From Candidatus Velesiimonas alkalicola (lineage in GTDB: Bacteria; Omnitrophota; Gorgyraeia; Velesiimonadales; Velesiimonadaceae): a DNA stretch of 64,000 nt. The DNA lies in the NCBI GenBank assembly GCA_013626165.1, contig NDHX01000001.1, forward strand, positions 36,817-100,816. Reading direction: 5' to 3'. The notes beneath the pieces were generated by a model. It did no database searches. It saw only the letters and a program-made list of their open reading frames with translations, and was not told where the DNA came from. Positions within the stretch are counted from its first letter, which is position 1. Every line of letters starts with the position of its first letter. Of the stretch, positions 49,344 to 58,945 are shown piece by piece. Position numbers and translations under genes: made by a program.

Positions 49344-50783
49344 ATGGAAAGTAAATTTCAAACAGTTATAGGACTTGAGGTGCACCTTCAACTTTTAACA
49401 CTTAGCAAAATGTTCTGCGGGTGCAGCACACAGTTTGGGAATGCTCCTAACACACAAACCTGTCCTGTTTGTATAGGGCTTCCGGGGAGTCTTCCGGTAT
49501 TAAATAAGAAGACACTTGAATATGCAATAAAGGTGGGGATTGCCTTAAACTGTAAGATACACAACAGGCTCAAGTTTGACAGAAAGAATTATTTTTATCC
49601 CGACCTTTCTAAGAATTATCAAATCTCCCAGTATCAGATGCCTGTTGCCACAGACGGTTTTATTTACATTAAAGACAAAAAGATAGGCATAAAAAGAGTC
49701 CATTTAGAGGAAGATACAGGAAAACTTTTTCATGAAGGAATAACAGATGGAAGTCTTATAGATTTTAACAGATCCGGGATACCTCTTCTTGAGATTGTTT
49801 CTTTTCCTTCAATAAATTCCGCCTCTGAGGCATATCAATATCTTACAGAATTAAAGATGCTTTTAAAATATCTTGATGTCTCAGACTGTGATATGGAAAA
49901 GGGTTCTTTAAGATGCGATGCCAACATATCCATAATGCCAACAGGGGCAACGCAACTTGGGACAAAGGTTGAAATAAAGAATATGAATTCATTTAAAAAT
50001 GTAGAAAGGGCTATGGAATTTGAAACCAAAAGACAGATAAAGTGTATTCTTGAAGGACAAAAAATAATTCAGGAAACGCGTCTTTATGACCCTGATAAAA
50101 ATATTACACTTCCGATGAGGACAAAGGAAGAATCCCATGATTATAGATATTTCCCTGACCCTGACCTTGTTCCGTTTACAATATCTATTCAACACATACA
50201 AGAGATTAAAAATATTATTCCGGAACTCCCCCATGCAAAAAAGAAAAGATTTGTTCAACAATATAATATAACTGAGTACGACGCAGGTGTTTTAACTTCC
50301 GATAATATGTTAGCAGAATATTTTGAAAAGTGTGCCTCTTTTGGTGTAAATTCTAAGTATATTGCAAACTGGATGATGGGGGATTTACTGTCTATTGCAA
50401 ACCAGAAAGGGAAACATATTACAGACTTAAAATTAGAGCCTGAAAAACTTTCACAGATGATACAGATGATAGAAGACGGCAGAATAACAGGTAAGGTTGC
50501 AAAAGATGTCCTTATTCATATGATAGAAAAAGGAAAGTTCGCTATTGAAATTGTCCAGGAACACAACCTGGAACAGGTTCAGGACAGGACCGAGATTGAA
50601 AAATGGGTGAAAGAGGCAATACAGGAAAATAAGAAGTCTGTTTCAGACTATTTATCCGGTAAAAACAACGCCTTTATGTTTCTTGTAGGACAGGTTATAA
50701 AGAAAAGCAAAGGCAAGGCAAACCCAAATATTGTTCACAAGATATTAACAGATCTTATAAAGACTGGTGAATCGCCTTGTTAG
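49344..50783 (+). CDS. gatB: Asp/Glu-tRNA amidotransferase subunit B
   Basis: IGLEVH, RKNYFYPD, HLEED, LRCDANIS, YRYFPDPDL. Confidence 0.97.
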   Translation: MESKFQTVIGLEVHLQLLTLSKMFCGCSTQFGNAPNTQTCPVCIGLPGSLPVLNKKTLEYAIKVGIALNCKIHNRLKFDRKNYFYPDLSKNYQISQYQMPVATDGFIYIKDKKIGIKRVHLEEDTGKLFHEGITDGSLIDFNRSGIPLLEIVSFPSINSASEAYQYLTELKMLLKYLDVSDCDMEKGSLRCDANISIMPTGATQLGTKVEIKNMNSFKNVERAMEFETKRQIKCILEGQKIIQETRLYDPDKNITLPMRTKEESHDYRYFPDPDLVPFTISIQHIQEIKNIIPELPHAKKKRFVQQYNITEYDAGVLTSDNMLAEYFEKCASFGVNSKYIANWMMGDLLSIANQKGKHITDLKLEPEKLSQMIQMIEDGRITGKVAKDVLIHMIEKGKFAIEIVQEHNLEQVQDRTEIEKWVKEAIQENKKSVSDYLSGKNNAFMFLVGQVIKKSKGKANPNIVHKILTDLIKTGESPC

Positions 50784-50983
50784 ATAGCAACGGGTCGGGG
50801 AGTTTCCCGACCCGTCATCCTGAGGACTTTGACCCTAAACGAAGTGAAGAAGAAGGGGACGAAGAATCTCGTGAAACCCTTCAGCCCTTTAGGCTTCAGG
50901 ATGAACTTTCGGAAGAAAATAGAGTAAAAAAACTCCCCGAGGGTTCAAATAACTCTGTTATCTTTCGTTATCTAACAGAGCGA
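50772..50983. repeat. Composite of nested palindromic elements between convergent gatB and RND genes
   Basis: Outer IR TCGCCTTGTTAGATAGCAA/TCGTTATCTAACAGAGCGA; inner GGGTCGGG hairpin, GTCATCCTGAG..TTCAGGATGA, and the 50902-50947 repeat. Confidence 0.75.
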
Positions 50984-53900
50984 GAACCTCTATGTGCCAA
51001 GTCATCAAGAAGGCTATAAATAGTAGGAATAACAATAAGAGTAAGAAGAGTGGAGGCGAATAGGCCGCCGATGATAGCCACAGCCATAGCAGAGCGCACC
51101 TCTACGCCCATAGCCCGGCCCAGGGTAAGGGGAAGCATGGCTAACATAGTGGTGGAGGCGGTCATTAATATGGCACGTAGTCTTGTGCCCCCGGCCTGGA
51201 TAATAGCCTTATCGCGGCTTAAGCCTTTAGCCCGCAACTGGTTGATATAATCAATGAATACAATGGCATTATTGACCACAATGCCGGTAACCATAATCAT
51301 TCCAATAAAGGAGACCAGCGAGATGGTCTTACCGGTAACAAGAAGAGCCAGCACTACACCAATCAAAGCCAGAGGAACACTGAATATAATGGCAAAGGGA
51401 TGGATGAGAGATTCAAATTGGGCTGCCATAACCATATAGACCAAAAGAACAGCAAGGAGCAAAACAAAAAGAAGGCTGTAGAAAGTTTCTACCATGTCCT
51501 CATACTCACCGCCATACTCAATAAAGTAACCCGAGGGAATGGTTATTCCGGCTACCGCCCCTCGGACTTCATCCATAATCTCTCCTAAGTTGCGGCCGCT
51601 AAATTGGGCATTGACCTCAGCCACCCGCACCCTTTCCTCACGAAATATCGCTGCCGGGCCTCTTTCGGGATGAATCTTGGCCAATTCACCAAGATGAACG
51701 AGCGTCCCTCTGGGAGAAGGAACGGTAATCAGGCCAATATCGGTTAAGGTCTCTCTATCTTCTTCGCGCAGACGCAGGCGGATGTCTATCTCTTTCCCCG
51801 CCTCTCGGAAGCGGGTATCTACCCTACCCCTCATTGCCGTCTGCACGGCCTGAGCCACCTCAGCCACTCCTAATCCCTTTCGGGAAGCCCGTTCACGGTC
51901 AATTTTAATGGCAAGCTCAGGCTTTCCCGGTTTCAGGGTGGTATCTATACTATGAATTCCCTCAATACCTTTAATTCTCTCCATCACGGTCCGGGAGAGT
52001 TCTTCTAATACAACTAAATCCTTACCAAAGAGTTTTATATTTATGGGGGCCGCCCCGGCTCCACCCATTATTGCCGCCGGACCAAACTCGATAAAGGAGG
52101 TGCTTAAGCCCTCTATATCCTGGGGGAGGCGAGAGCGAATCTCAGTCAGAATCTCCTCTGTTGAACGCTTTCTCTCTTCTTTTTTTAATAGTTCTCCCAT
52201 AAGCTGGGCCTCATTCACCCCTGTAATCCCAAAACCAAAAGCTAAGTCTAACTCGCCCCCGGGATGAAGACCAACAAAGACACCTGAGGCTTCTATCTCA
52301 GGAATATCAGCAATGATTGCCTCTACTGTCTGAACTACTCTGTTTGTCTCAGGCAAAGAGGTATCTACCGGCATCCGCAGAGTCCCTATGTAAATTCCAC
52401 TGTCCATCCGGGGTATGAATTCAGTGCCGACAAGCAGGAGAAGTCCTAAACTGAGGACGAAGATAGCCGCCGCAGTAAGGATTACCTTTGCCCGATGCTT
52501 AAGTGCCAGGGCGAGAACCCTCATATATCTTTCTTTAAAACCAGCAAACCATCCGCCGGTTTCTTTTTCCTTTACAACTTTTTTTTCATTGTTTTTTAAG
52601 AGTTTGGAGGCTACCATAGGCACCAGAGTTAGGGCAACAAATAAAGAAACAATCAGGGCTGAGCCTACGGTTACTCCCAACGCTTGTGCCATTTTTCCTG
52701 CTATTCCCGTAGCATATGCCATAGGAAGAAAGACAACTACGGTAGTTAGTGTAGAGGCAGAAATAGCCATTGCTACTTCACTTGTCCCTATCTGTGCCGC
52801 TTCTTTTGGTTCCTTGCCCTCTTTAAGGTGCCGAAAGATATTTTCAATAACCACAATGGCATTATCAAGCAGCATCCCAACGGCTAATGCCAGGCCTCCT
52901 AAGGTCATCATATTTAGTGTATAACCGAGGGAGTAGATGGGGATAAAAGTAGCCAGTCCCGCCAAGGGGATAGCAAGAGCAATAGTAATTGTAGGACGAA
53001 GTTTTCGCAAGAAGAGAAAAAGGACAAATATTGCGGCCAGGCCTCCCCAGAGACCACTGCTTACCACCCCGGATATGGAAGCCCGGATAAACTTTGCCTG
53101 GTTAAAGAGTTCATGTAGTCTGATATCTGCAGGCAGGTCTTTTTTTAGCCGGATGAGCTCTTCTTCTACCCGCTGGGCAATGCGAACTGTATTGGCCCCG
53201 GATTCTCTATTTATGGCAATCAAGAGACCATCCCGCCTGTCTACCCGCGAGTGCCCACGCAACTCCTTATGGGTATCGGAAATAACGGCAATGTCCTCAA
53301 GATAGATGGGTTTTCCTTCCCTTAAGGAAACTACCGTCCTTCTTATCTCATACAGACCCTCAAATTCACCTACGGTGCGCACTAAAAATTCCCGGGGCCC
53401 TTCAATTAAGTGTCCTGCGGGAAGATTGAGATTCTCTCTTTCTAACGCTTGTGCTATCTCAAAGAGAGACAGGTTATGCGCTTCCAATCTACTTCCATCA
53501 ACCTCTACTAAAAACTCCCGCTCCAGACCTCCGAAGAGCATTACCGAGGCTACCCCCTCTATCCGCTCCAAACGAGGCTTTATAACATCATCTATTAAGT
53601 CCCTTAAGTCAAAGAGGTCGCGCTCCCCGGTAATTCCAAACATCATAATCGGCCACATCGCTAAATCAAACTTAATCACCAGAGGTCTTTTCATATCTTC
53701 GGGCAGAAAGACTTCAATAAGACTTATCGCCTCTCTCATATCCTGGGCGGCAAAGTCCAGGTTGGTCCCCCAGACAAATTCCGCCATTACTACGGAAATC
53801 CCTTCATAAGAGACGCTACGTATCTTCTTAACCCCGCTTACTGTGGCTACCACCTCTTCAATAGGCTTGGTAACCAACTCCTCCATATCCTCCGGGACCA

Positions 53901-54060
53901 CCCCGGGATAGGTACTTACCACCGAGACCATGGGGTATTCAATATCAGGGAACATATCAATGCCCAAACGACTCAGAGAAATTGCCCCCAAAAGAACAAC
54001 CACCATAATAAGCATGGTAATGGCTACGGGACGGCGGACGGAAAAATTAGGAAGAAACAT
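50968..54060 (-). CDS. RND efflux permease (AcrB/AcrD/AcrF family)
   Basis: RRPVA, GMLLDNAIVVIENI, GIVVNNAI, RLRAILMT; 1030 aa. Confidence 0.95.
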   Translation of the reverse strand: MFLPNFSVRRPVAITMLIMVVVLLGAISLSRLGIDMFPDIEYPMVSVVSTYPGVVPEDMEELVTKPIEEVVATVSGVKKIRSVSYEGISVVMAEFVWGTNLDFAAQDMREAISLIEVFLPEDMKRPLVIKFDLAMWPIMMFGITGERDLFDLRDLIDDVIKPRLERIEGVASVMLFGGLEREFLVEVDGSRLEAHNLSLFEIAQALERENLNLPAGHLIEGPREFLVRTVGEFEGLYEIRRTVVSLREGKPIYLEDIAVISDTHKELRGHSRVDRRDGLLIAINRESGANTVRIAQRVEEELIRLKKDLPADIRLHELFNQAKFIRASISGVVSSGLWGGLAAIFVLFLFLRKLRPTITIALAIPLAGLATFIPIYSLGYTLNMMTLGGLALAVGMLLDNAIVVIENIFRHLKEGKEPKEAAQIGTSEVAMAISASTLTTVVVFLPMAYATGIAGKMAQALGVTVGSALIVSLFVALTLVPMVASKLLKNNEKKVVKEKETGGWFAGFKERYMRVLALALKHRAKVILTAAAIFVLSLGLLLLVGTEFIPRMDSGIYIGTLRMPVDTSLPETNRVVQTVEAIIADIPEIEASGVFVGLHPGGELDLAFGFGITGVNEAQLMGELLKKEERKRSTEEILTEIRSRLPQDIEGLSTSFIEFGPAAIMGGAGAAPINIKLFGKDLVVLEELSRTVMERIKGIEGIHSIDTTLKPGKPELAIKIDRERASRKGLGVAEVAQAVQTAMRGRVDTRFREAGKEIDIRLRLREEDRETLTDIGLITVPSPRGTLVHLGELAKIHPERGPAAIFREERVRVAEVNAQFSGRNLGEIMDEVRGAVAGITIPSGYFIEYGGEYEDMVETFYSLLFVLLLAVLLVYMVMAAQFESLIHPFAIIFSVPLALIGVVLALLVTGKTISLVSFIGMIMVTGIVVNNAIVFIDYINQLRAKGLSRDKAIIQAGGTRLRAILMTASTTMLAMLPLTLGRAMGVEVRSAMAVAIIGGLFASTLLTLIVIPTIYSLLDDLAHRGSRSVR

Positions 54061-54077
54061 TTTTAAACCTCCGGTTT

Positions 54078-54140
54078 AAACCAAAAATCCAAACGGCGAA
54101 TCTCAAATGACAAAATCCAAATCATTTGTCATTTGACATT
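54078..54140. repeat. CAAAT/ATTTG heptamer hairpin supplying the MFP stop codon
   Basis: CTCAAATGACAAA versus ATTTGTCATTTGAC; same family as 14251-14430. Confidence 0.55.
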
Positions 54141-55037
54141 TACCCTTGCTCCATCTTTAAGACCGAAATGGCCTCCAATGATTACCCTATCTTGAGGCTC
54201 AACCCCTGAGACAATCTCCATACTATCTTTGGTAACTATTCCGGTCTGTACTTTTCTTATTTTAGCCACGGAGTCCTCTACTACATAGACTATTTCCTGG
54301 CTATCTTTTACTAAAACGGCATCCCGGGGAACAATGAGCACATCTTGACGCTTATTAGTAATAAGTTTTACCCGGGCAAACATCCCTGGTTTTAGTTTAT
54401 GTTCCGGATTATCAATAGTTATTTCTACCGGCGCCCGGCGCAAGACAATATCAACCACTGGACTTACGATGAAAACCTCCCCCTTAAAGACCTCCTCGGG
54501 ATAGGCATCCAGGCGCACCTCGGCATTTTGACCTCTAACTATTTTTGGCAAATCCCTCTCCGGCACATCTACCCGAATTTTAACCCTATCCATATTTATT
54601 ATAAGAGCTAGCGGGTTCTGGGAAGTGACACTCATTCCTCTATCTATATAGACTCTGCCTACCACTCCATCAATGGGCGACTCTACAGGAGCCTTCTCAA
54701 ATTCAAAACCTACTACATCGCGGTCAATAAGAAAAAGGGTATCTCCTTTCTTTGCTAAATCACCCTCTCTGACGAGTTTTTCTACAATCTTACCAGGGAC
54801 TTTAGGAAAAATAGTTACCTCATCCTCAGCCTTTATGTCACCCACAAAAGAGAGTGTCTCTCTCATAGTGCCTTTTTCTACCTCAGCCACCTTCACATAA
54901 ACAGGCATTCTTTCCTTCTCAATAACCTCTTCTCCTTCCCTGCCACAACCGGTTAAGAACAGAGAACAGAGGGCAGAGAAGAGAAAACAGAAAAACCTAA
55001 CTTTTGATTTCTGACTTCTAATGTGTAGAGTAGACAT
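54129..55037 (-). CDS. RND periplasmic adaptor (membrane fusion) lipoprotein
   Basis: LTGC lipobox, V.EGD..KKGD.L, SPIDGVV, LKPGMFA. Confidence 0.92.
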   Translation of the reverse strand: MSTLHIRSQKSKVRFFCFLFSALCSLFLTGCGREGEEVIEKERMPVYVKVAEVEKGTMRETLSFVGDIKAEDEVTIFPKVPGKIVEKLVREGDLAKKGDTLFLIDRDVVGFEFEKAPVESPIDGVVGRVYIDRGMSVTSQNPLALIINMDRVKIRVDVPERDLPKIVRGQNAEVRLDAYPEEVFKGEVFIVSPVVDIVLRRAPVEITIDNPEHKLKPGMFARVKLITNKRQDVLIVPRDAVLVKDSQEIVYVVEDSVAKIRKVQTGIVTKDSMEIVSGVEPQDRVIIGGHFGLKDGARVNVK

Positions 55038-55071
55038 TTTAACAACCTCCTTATCCCCCTCCGAAAGAACC

Positions 55072-55125
55072 TTCCCCCTCTCCTTAATCCTCTCCCCATA
55101 GAGGGAGAGGGAAGGGTGAGGGGAT
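55072..55125. repeat. REP-like CCTCTCCC/GGGAGAGG hairpin
   Basis: CCCCTCTCCTTAATCCTCTCCCC-ATAGA-GGGAGAGGGAAGGGTGAGGGG. Confidence 0.65.
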
Positions 55126-55129
55126 CCAT

Positions 55130-56473
55130 TTACTCTCCTCCTGTAACATAATCCAATTTAGCCCTGGCTACTATAAAATCATAAAGACTCTGGGCATAAT
55201 TTAGCTGAGCCGTTGATAAGGCAACCCGGGCATCCAACAAGTCTAATTGCATCGCTTCACCCCGAATATGCCTGTGTCTTATAATCTCATATGCCTTTTC
55301 AGCTCGGATTATATTCACTTTTTGAGCCTCTACAATTCTCCGGGCAGATTCTAAATCCAAAATAGTATTTTTTACTTCAATTTTTATATTATCAGTTAGT
55401 TTATTCCTTAAGATGCGGACCCTTTCCTTTCTAACTCCTGCCTCCTTTACTTTTGCGCGGGTTAAAAAACCATCAAATATAGGCATGCTTACGGAAACAG
55501 TGGCTACCCAGTAATCATCATATTCTCCTCTACCCACAGTGAATGCCTCTTTCTGATTGGCAAAATTGGTAAAATTAAGCCCCACCTGAGGCAGATACCC
55601 TGAAAAAGCCACTCGAACTTGCGCCTCGGCTGCTTCTTCCTGCAAAATCATCTCTTTTAATGCTGGCCTTATCTGTAGGGCCCGGGCAAGTTTTTCTTCT
55701 AAGTTAATTTCCTCCTCTAAGATATAATCAAACTCTCCTTTTATTTTGATTTCCCGGGCCGGCGAAATTCCCACTAAAATTTTCAAGAAATTATAAGAGG
55801 TCTTGAGAAAGTTTTCTGCCTTTATGAGCTGAGGTCTAATATTGGCTACCTCAACCTCACTTCTTAAAACCTCATAATGCGATGCCTCTCCTTTTCGGAA
55901 ACGTTTTTCCGTTACCACCAGACTCTCTTCGGCCAATCCCAGGGTCTTTTTTCTAATCTGCACAAACTCTTCAGCCAGCAGGATACCGTAGAAGGCCTGT
56001 TTTGTTTGGAAGACAATTTTGTTCTCCATCTCTTTTTGGCTTTCCTTTGTTGCCCTTAAATCCTTGCGGGCTGAATCTATAGTATTAGCCACTCTTCCTC
56101 CTGCAAAGAGCAATTGGTCTACGGAAAAACTATAACCACGATTATCTTCAAAAGGAATAAAAGGGTGGTTCTCATAACGGGCATAATAGGCACTGCCCCT
56201 TATAGACGGGAAAATAGCCGAATGAGCCTGAGTAAGCCGGGCAGAAGCCTCTTTTATCTCTTCTTTTTTAGCCAAAATATCGTGATTATTCTTCAGGGCA
56301 AGCTCTATAGCCTTTTCTTTAGATAAAATTATAACTTCTTTGTCAGCGCTCATATCTCTGCTATCAACTTTGTCGGTGGCTTTCTCTGATAAAGCAAAAC
56401 AAGTTTGCGGCAAAAACAAAAGAGGAAGAATCAGGATAAGATAACTGGCCTTTTTTTTATTATGTAGATTCAT
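55130..56473 (-). CDS. TolC family outer-membrane efflux protein
   Basis: AIELALKNN, two OEP repeats, operon context. Confidence 0.9.
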   Translation of the reverse strand: MNLHNKKKASYLILILPLLFLPQTCFALSEKATDKVDSRDMSADKEVIILSKEKAIELALKNNHDILAKKEEIKEASARLTQAHSAIFPSIRGSAYYARYENHPFIPFEDNRGYSFSVDQLLFAGGRVANTIDSARKDLRATKESQKEMENKIVFQTKQAFYGILLAEEFVQIRKKTLGLAEESLVVTEKRFRKGEASHYEVLRSEVEVANIRPQLIKAENFLKTSYNFLKILVGISPAREIKIKGEFDYILEEEINLEEKLARALQIRPALKEMILQEEAAEAQVRVAFSGYLPQVGLNFTNFANQKEAFTVGRGEYDDYWVATVSVSMPIFDGFLTRAKVKEAGVRKERVRILRNKLTDNIKIEVKNTILDLESARRIVEAQKVNIIRAEKAYEIIRHRHIRGEAMQLDLLDARVALSTAQLNYAQSLYDFIVARAKLDYVTGGE

Positions 56474-57090
56474 TTCTTTACCTCACACTTTATCCCTTCA
56501 GAAATTATTGTCAAGACAACATTTCTTATTCCCTTTAAGGGAAATTCTTTGCTGTCGGTAACCCAGCGAATCATCAAGCCATCAAGAGTGGCTAAAATTA
56601 CCGAAGCGGCACGATCTGGTTTTAGGTCTTTCCTGAATACGCCGGCCGTTATCCCTTCTTTGATATAAGAGGAAAGCGTCTTTTTGTAATCCTTATAAAT
56701 CTGTCGCATCTTTAAAATAAGCGGGCTTTCCTTCTTTCTTTTTCTTATCCGGGGCCATATTTCCAAAAAGACAAGACAGAAGTCTTTAAACTCTTCAAAA
56801 CTTGAAATGCTGAGATTGATAAATTCTTTAATCCTTTGCCCGGGTTCACTTATTAAAGAAACTTTCTTAATACAGGTGTTCTTAAATTCATCCATAAAAT
56901 ATGAGCATAACTCCAAAAACAGTTTTTCCTTACCCGAGAAATATTCATAGATAGTGCCCTTGCCCATATCGGCTGCTCTGGCAATCTCATCCATTCGGCT
57001 TGGGTAAAATCCTTTTTTAGAGAACACTCTTAAAGCAGCATTAAAAATTCTTTCCCTCTTCTTTTTCTTATCAACAACAATTGGCGACAT
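56470..57090 (-). CDS. TetR/AcrR family regulator
   Basis: IFNAA..F..KG....MDEIA..A.MGKGTIYEYF..KE. Confidence 0.94.
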   Translation of the reverse strand: MSPIVVDKKKKRERIFNAALRVFSKKGFYPSRMDEIARAADMGKGTIYEYFSGKEKLFLELCSYFMDEFKNTCIKKVSLISEPGQRIKEFINLSISSFEEFKDFCLVFLEIWPRIRKRKKESPLILKMRQIYKDYKKTLSSYIKEGITAGVFRKDLKPDRAASVILATLDGLMIRWVTDSKEFPLKGIRNVVLTIISEGIKCEVKK

Positions 57091-57120
57091 AAAAAGACTC
57101 TCCTTTTTCGTAGTCTACAA

Positions 57121-57172
57121 TGACCGTCTGGTCAGTCACTATAACTATACACAAAATCCGCTTCCCTGTCAA
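57121..57172 (-). promoter_or_regulatory. Efflux operon promoter TTGACA-N17-TATAGT with putative TetR operator TGACCGTCTGGTCA
   Basis: -35 at 57172-57167, -10 at 57149-57144, palindrome at 57121-57134. Confidence 0.7.
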
Positions 57173-57351
57173 GTATTATTTTTTTTCTCTCATAATTTTT
57201 TTCTCCCCCCCCCTGCATTATTACTCTTTCTGCTATTTCTCATTATACACAGTAGCAAAACTTATAGCTATATCGTCGGTAAACCTTGTTAGAAAGTCCG
57301 GAAATATCCTTATATCCGAAACTTCACAAAACTTTTAAAAAAGCTTCGTAA

Positions 57352-57428
57352 CCACAGATTACAAAAACCCGAGGACACAGATTTTCTTTTGAAGTAATCT
57401 GGGTAATCTGCCTGTTAATCTGTGTGAT
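57352..57428. repeat. CACAGATT/AATCTGTG hairpin element, copy 2
   Basis: CACAGATT x2 versus GTAATCTG, GTAATCTG, AATCTGTG. Confidence 0.7.
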
Positions 57429-57474
57429 CAAGTATAGAAAGTGGTTTATACTTTCCTATACTTCAAGAAATCAC

Positions 57475-57529
57475 TTGACACCAAAGATATTAATCGGTAT
57501 ACTAATAAATAGTTAGGCACACGAAGTTT
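57475..57529 (+). promoter_or_regulatory. marR promoter TTGACA-N17-TATACT with putative operator
   Basis: Hexamers at 57475-57480 and 57498-57503; ATAGTT-N6-ACGAA at 57509, repeated at 58030. Confidence 0.65.
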
Positions 57530-57550
57530 TAATTAATTATAGGGGTTCTC

Positions 57551-58015
57551 ATGAAAAAAGAGGAAGTAAGCAGATTTATTTCACAATTGGATGATTTGCT
57601 CCCCACTTTAATCAAACATTTTCAGATTTCCAATCCTTATAAATTATTTAGAGTTAAGATTACATTGCAGCAGTACTTAACACTGAATGCACTGGCTAAG
57701 AGTGGTAAGTGCATGGTAAGCGAATTAAGTAAAACTATGAATGTGGCTTTAAGCACAATGACCGAATTAATCAACCGCTTAGCAAAAAGAGGCTTTATCT
57801 GCAAGAATAGAGATATAAAAGATAATCGTATAGTCTGGGTTAATTTAACCAATAAAGGGCAGGAGATCTTTCACAGTATGACAAAAAAGAAACAGAAGCA
57901 TATCTCTGACATCTTAGGGAAATTAGTCCATATTGAGCGTCAGACTCTAATTGATATATTAAAAACAGTCTCTCGGGCTGCTAATGAAATAGGAATGCAG
58001 AAGATTAATGGCTAA
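57551..58015 (+). CDS. MarR family regulator
   Basis: ITLQQY..L, VSELS, STMTELINRL, DNRIVWVNLT.KG. Confidence 0.92.
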   Translation: MKKEEVSRFISQLDDLLPTLIKHFQISNPYKLFRVKITLQQYLTLNALAKSGKCMVSELSKTMNVALSTMTELINRLAKRGFICKNRDIKDNRIVWVNLTNKGQEIFHSMTKKKQKHISDILGKLVHIERQTLIDILKTVSRAANEIGMQKING

Positions 58016-58068
58016 AATTTTTTAACACGATAGTTCGTATGACGAACCATCTGAATATGGATTTATTA

Positions 58069-58940
58069 ATGAGACAAAAACGCGTGCTTTTTCTTACAAC
58101 ATCTACAGGCTCCGGACATATGAGAGCCGGTGAGGCTATAAGAGAAACTCTTTGCGGAATAAGTTCTGAGCTCAAATCAAAGGGAGAGATTTCTGCCTCG
58201 TTAATAGCCGTAATAACCGATTTTGATGCTCATCCTTATTGGTTCAGCAAATATGTTGATGAATTTATTATACCTACAGAAGAGATGAAAGAGGAATTTA
58301 TCAGCTATGGAATAGAAGCGAATAGAATACATGCCTTTGGGATTCCAATTCATCCAGGTTTTTCCAAAACGCAAAATAAACTGGCTTTAAAAACAAAACT
58401 TGGAATGAGAAAAGATTTACCTACTATTCTTGTAATGGGTGGAGGCTGGGGATTAGGTCCTATTGAGAAAATAGTTCAGCATCTGAATGGTTCAAAAATG
58501 GCGCTTCAACTCATTATTGTGGCAGGGAAGAATGAAGCCTTATATGATAAACTCAAGAAAATTTCACCCGAGCCAAATATCTCCATTAAAAATTTCGGTT
58601 ATGTTAATAACATTGATGAACTTATGGAAATATCCGATATAGCTATAACTAAGCCGGGAGGACTTGTTGCTTCTGAATTGCTGACTAAGGGTCTGCCGGC
58701 TGTTCTGATAGATGTTATAGATGGTCAGGAGAGGGCAAACGGCAATTATTTGATAAGTAAGGGAGTAGCATGCAGAATAAAAAAATAAACCGGCTTGAAG
58801 ACACAGTCCGGAGATTATTAAACAATCCTTTGGAACTAAACCGGATGAGAGCAAAGGCAAAAGCAGTGGCCAAACCATTTGCTGCTGCGCATACAGCAAA
58901 ATTAATTATAGATATTATTAATGAAAACAAAGGAGGGTAA
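58069..58940 (+). pseudogene. UgtP/MGDG-synthase-like (GT28) glycosyltransferase, internally deleted and frameshifted
   Basis: GSGH, VITDF..H..W, GIPI, MGGGWG, TKPGG, GQE..N; C-terminus continues in another frame after an A7 run at 58779-58785. Confidence 0.8.
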
Positions 58941-58945
58941 TAAAA

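Noticed and set aside
50777-51019. 80-aa ORF after gatB
   Set aside because: Reads through nested palindromic repeats; no protein-like motif
51050-53809. Series of + strand ORFs opposite the RND gene
   Set aside because: Antisense shadows of a relatively GC-rich coding sequence
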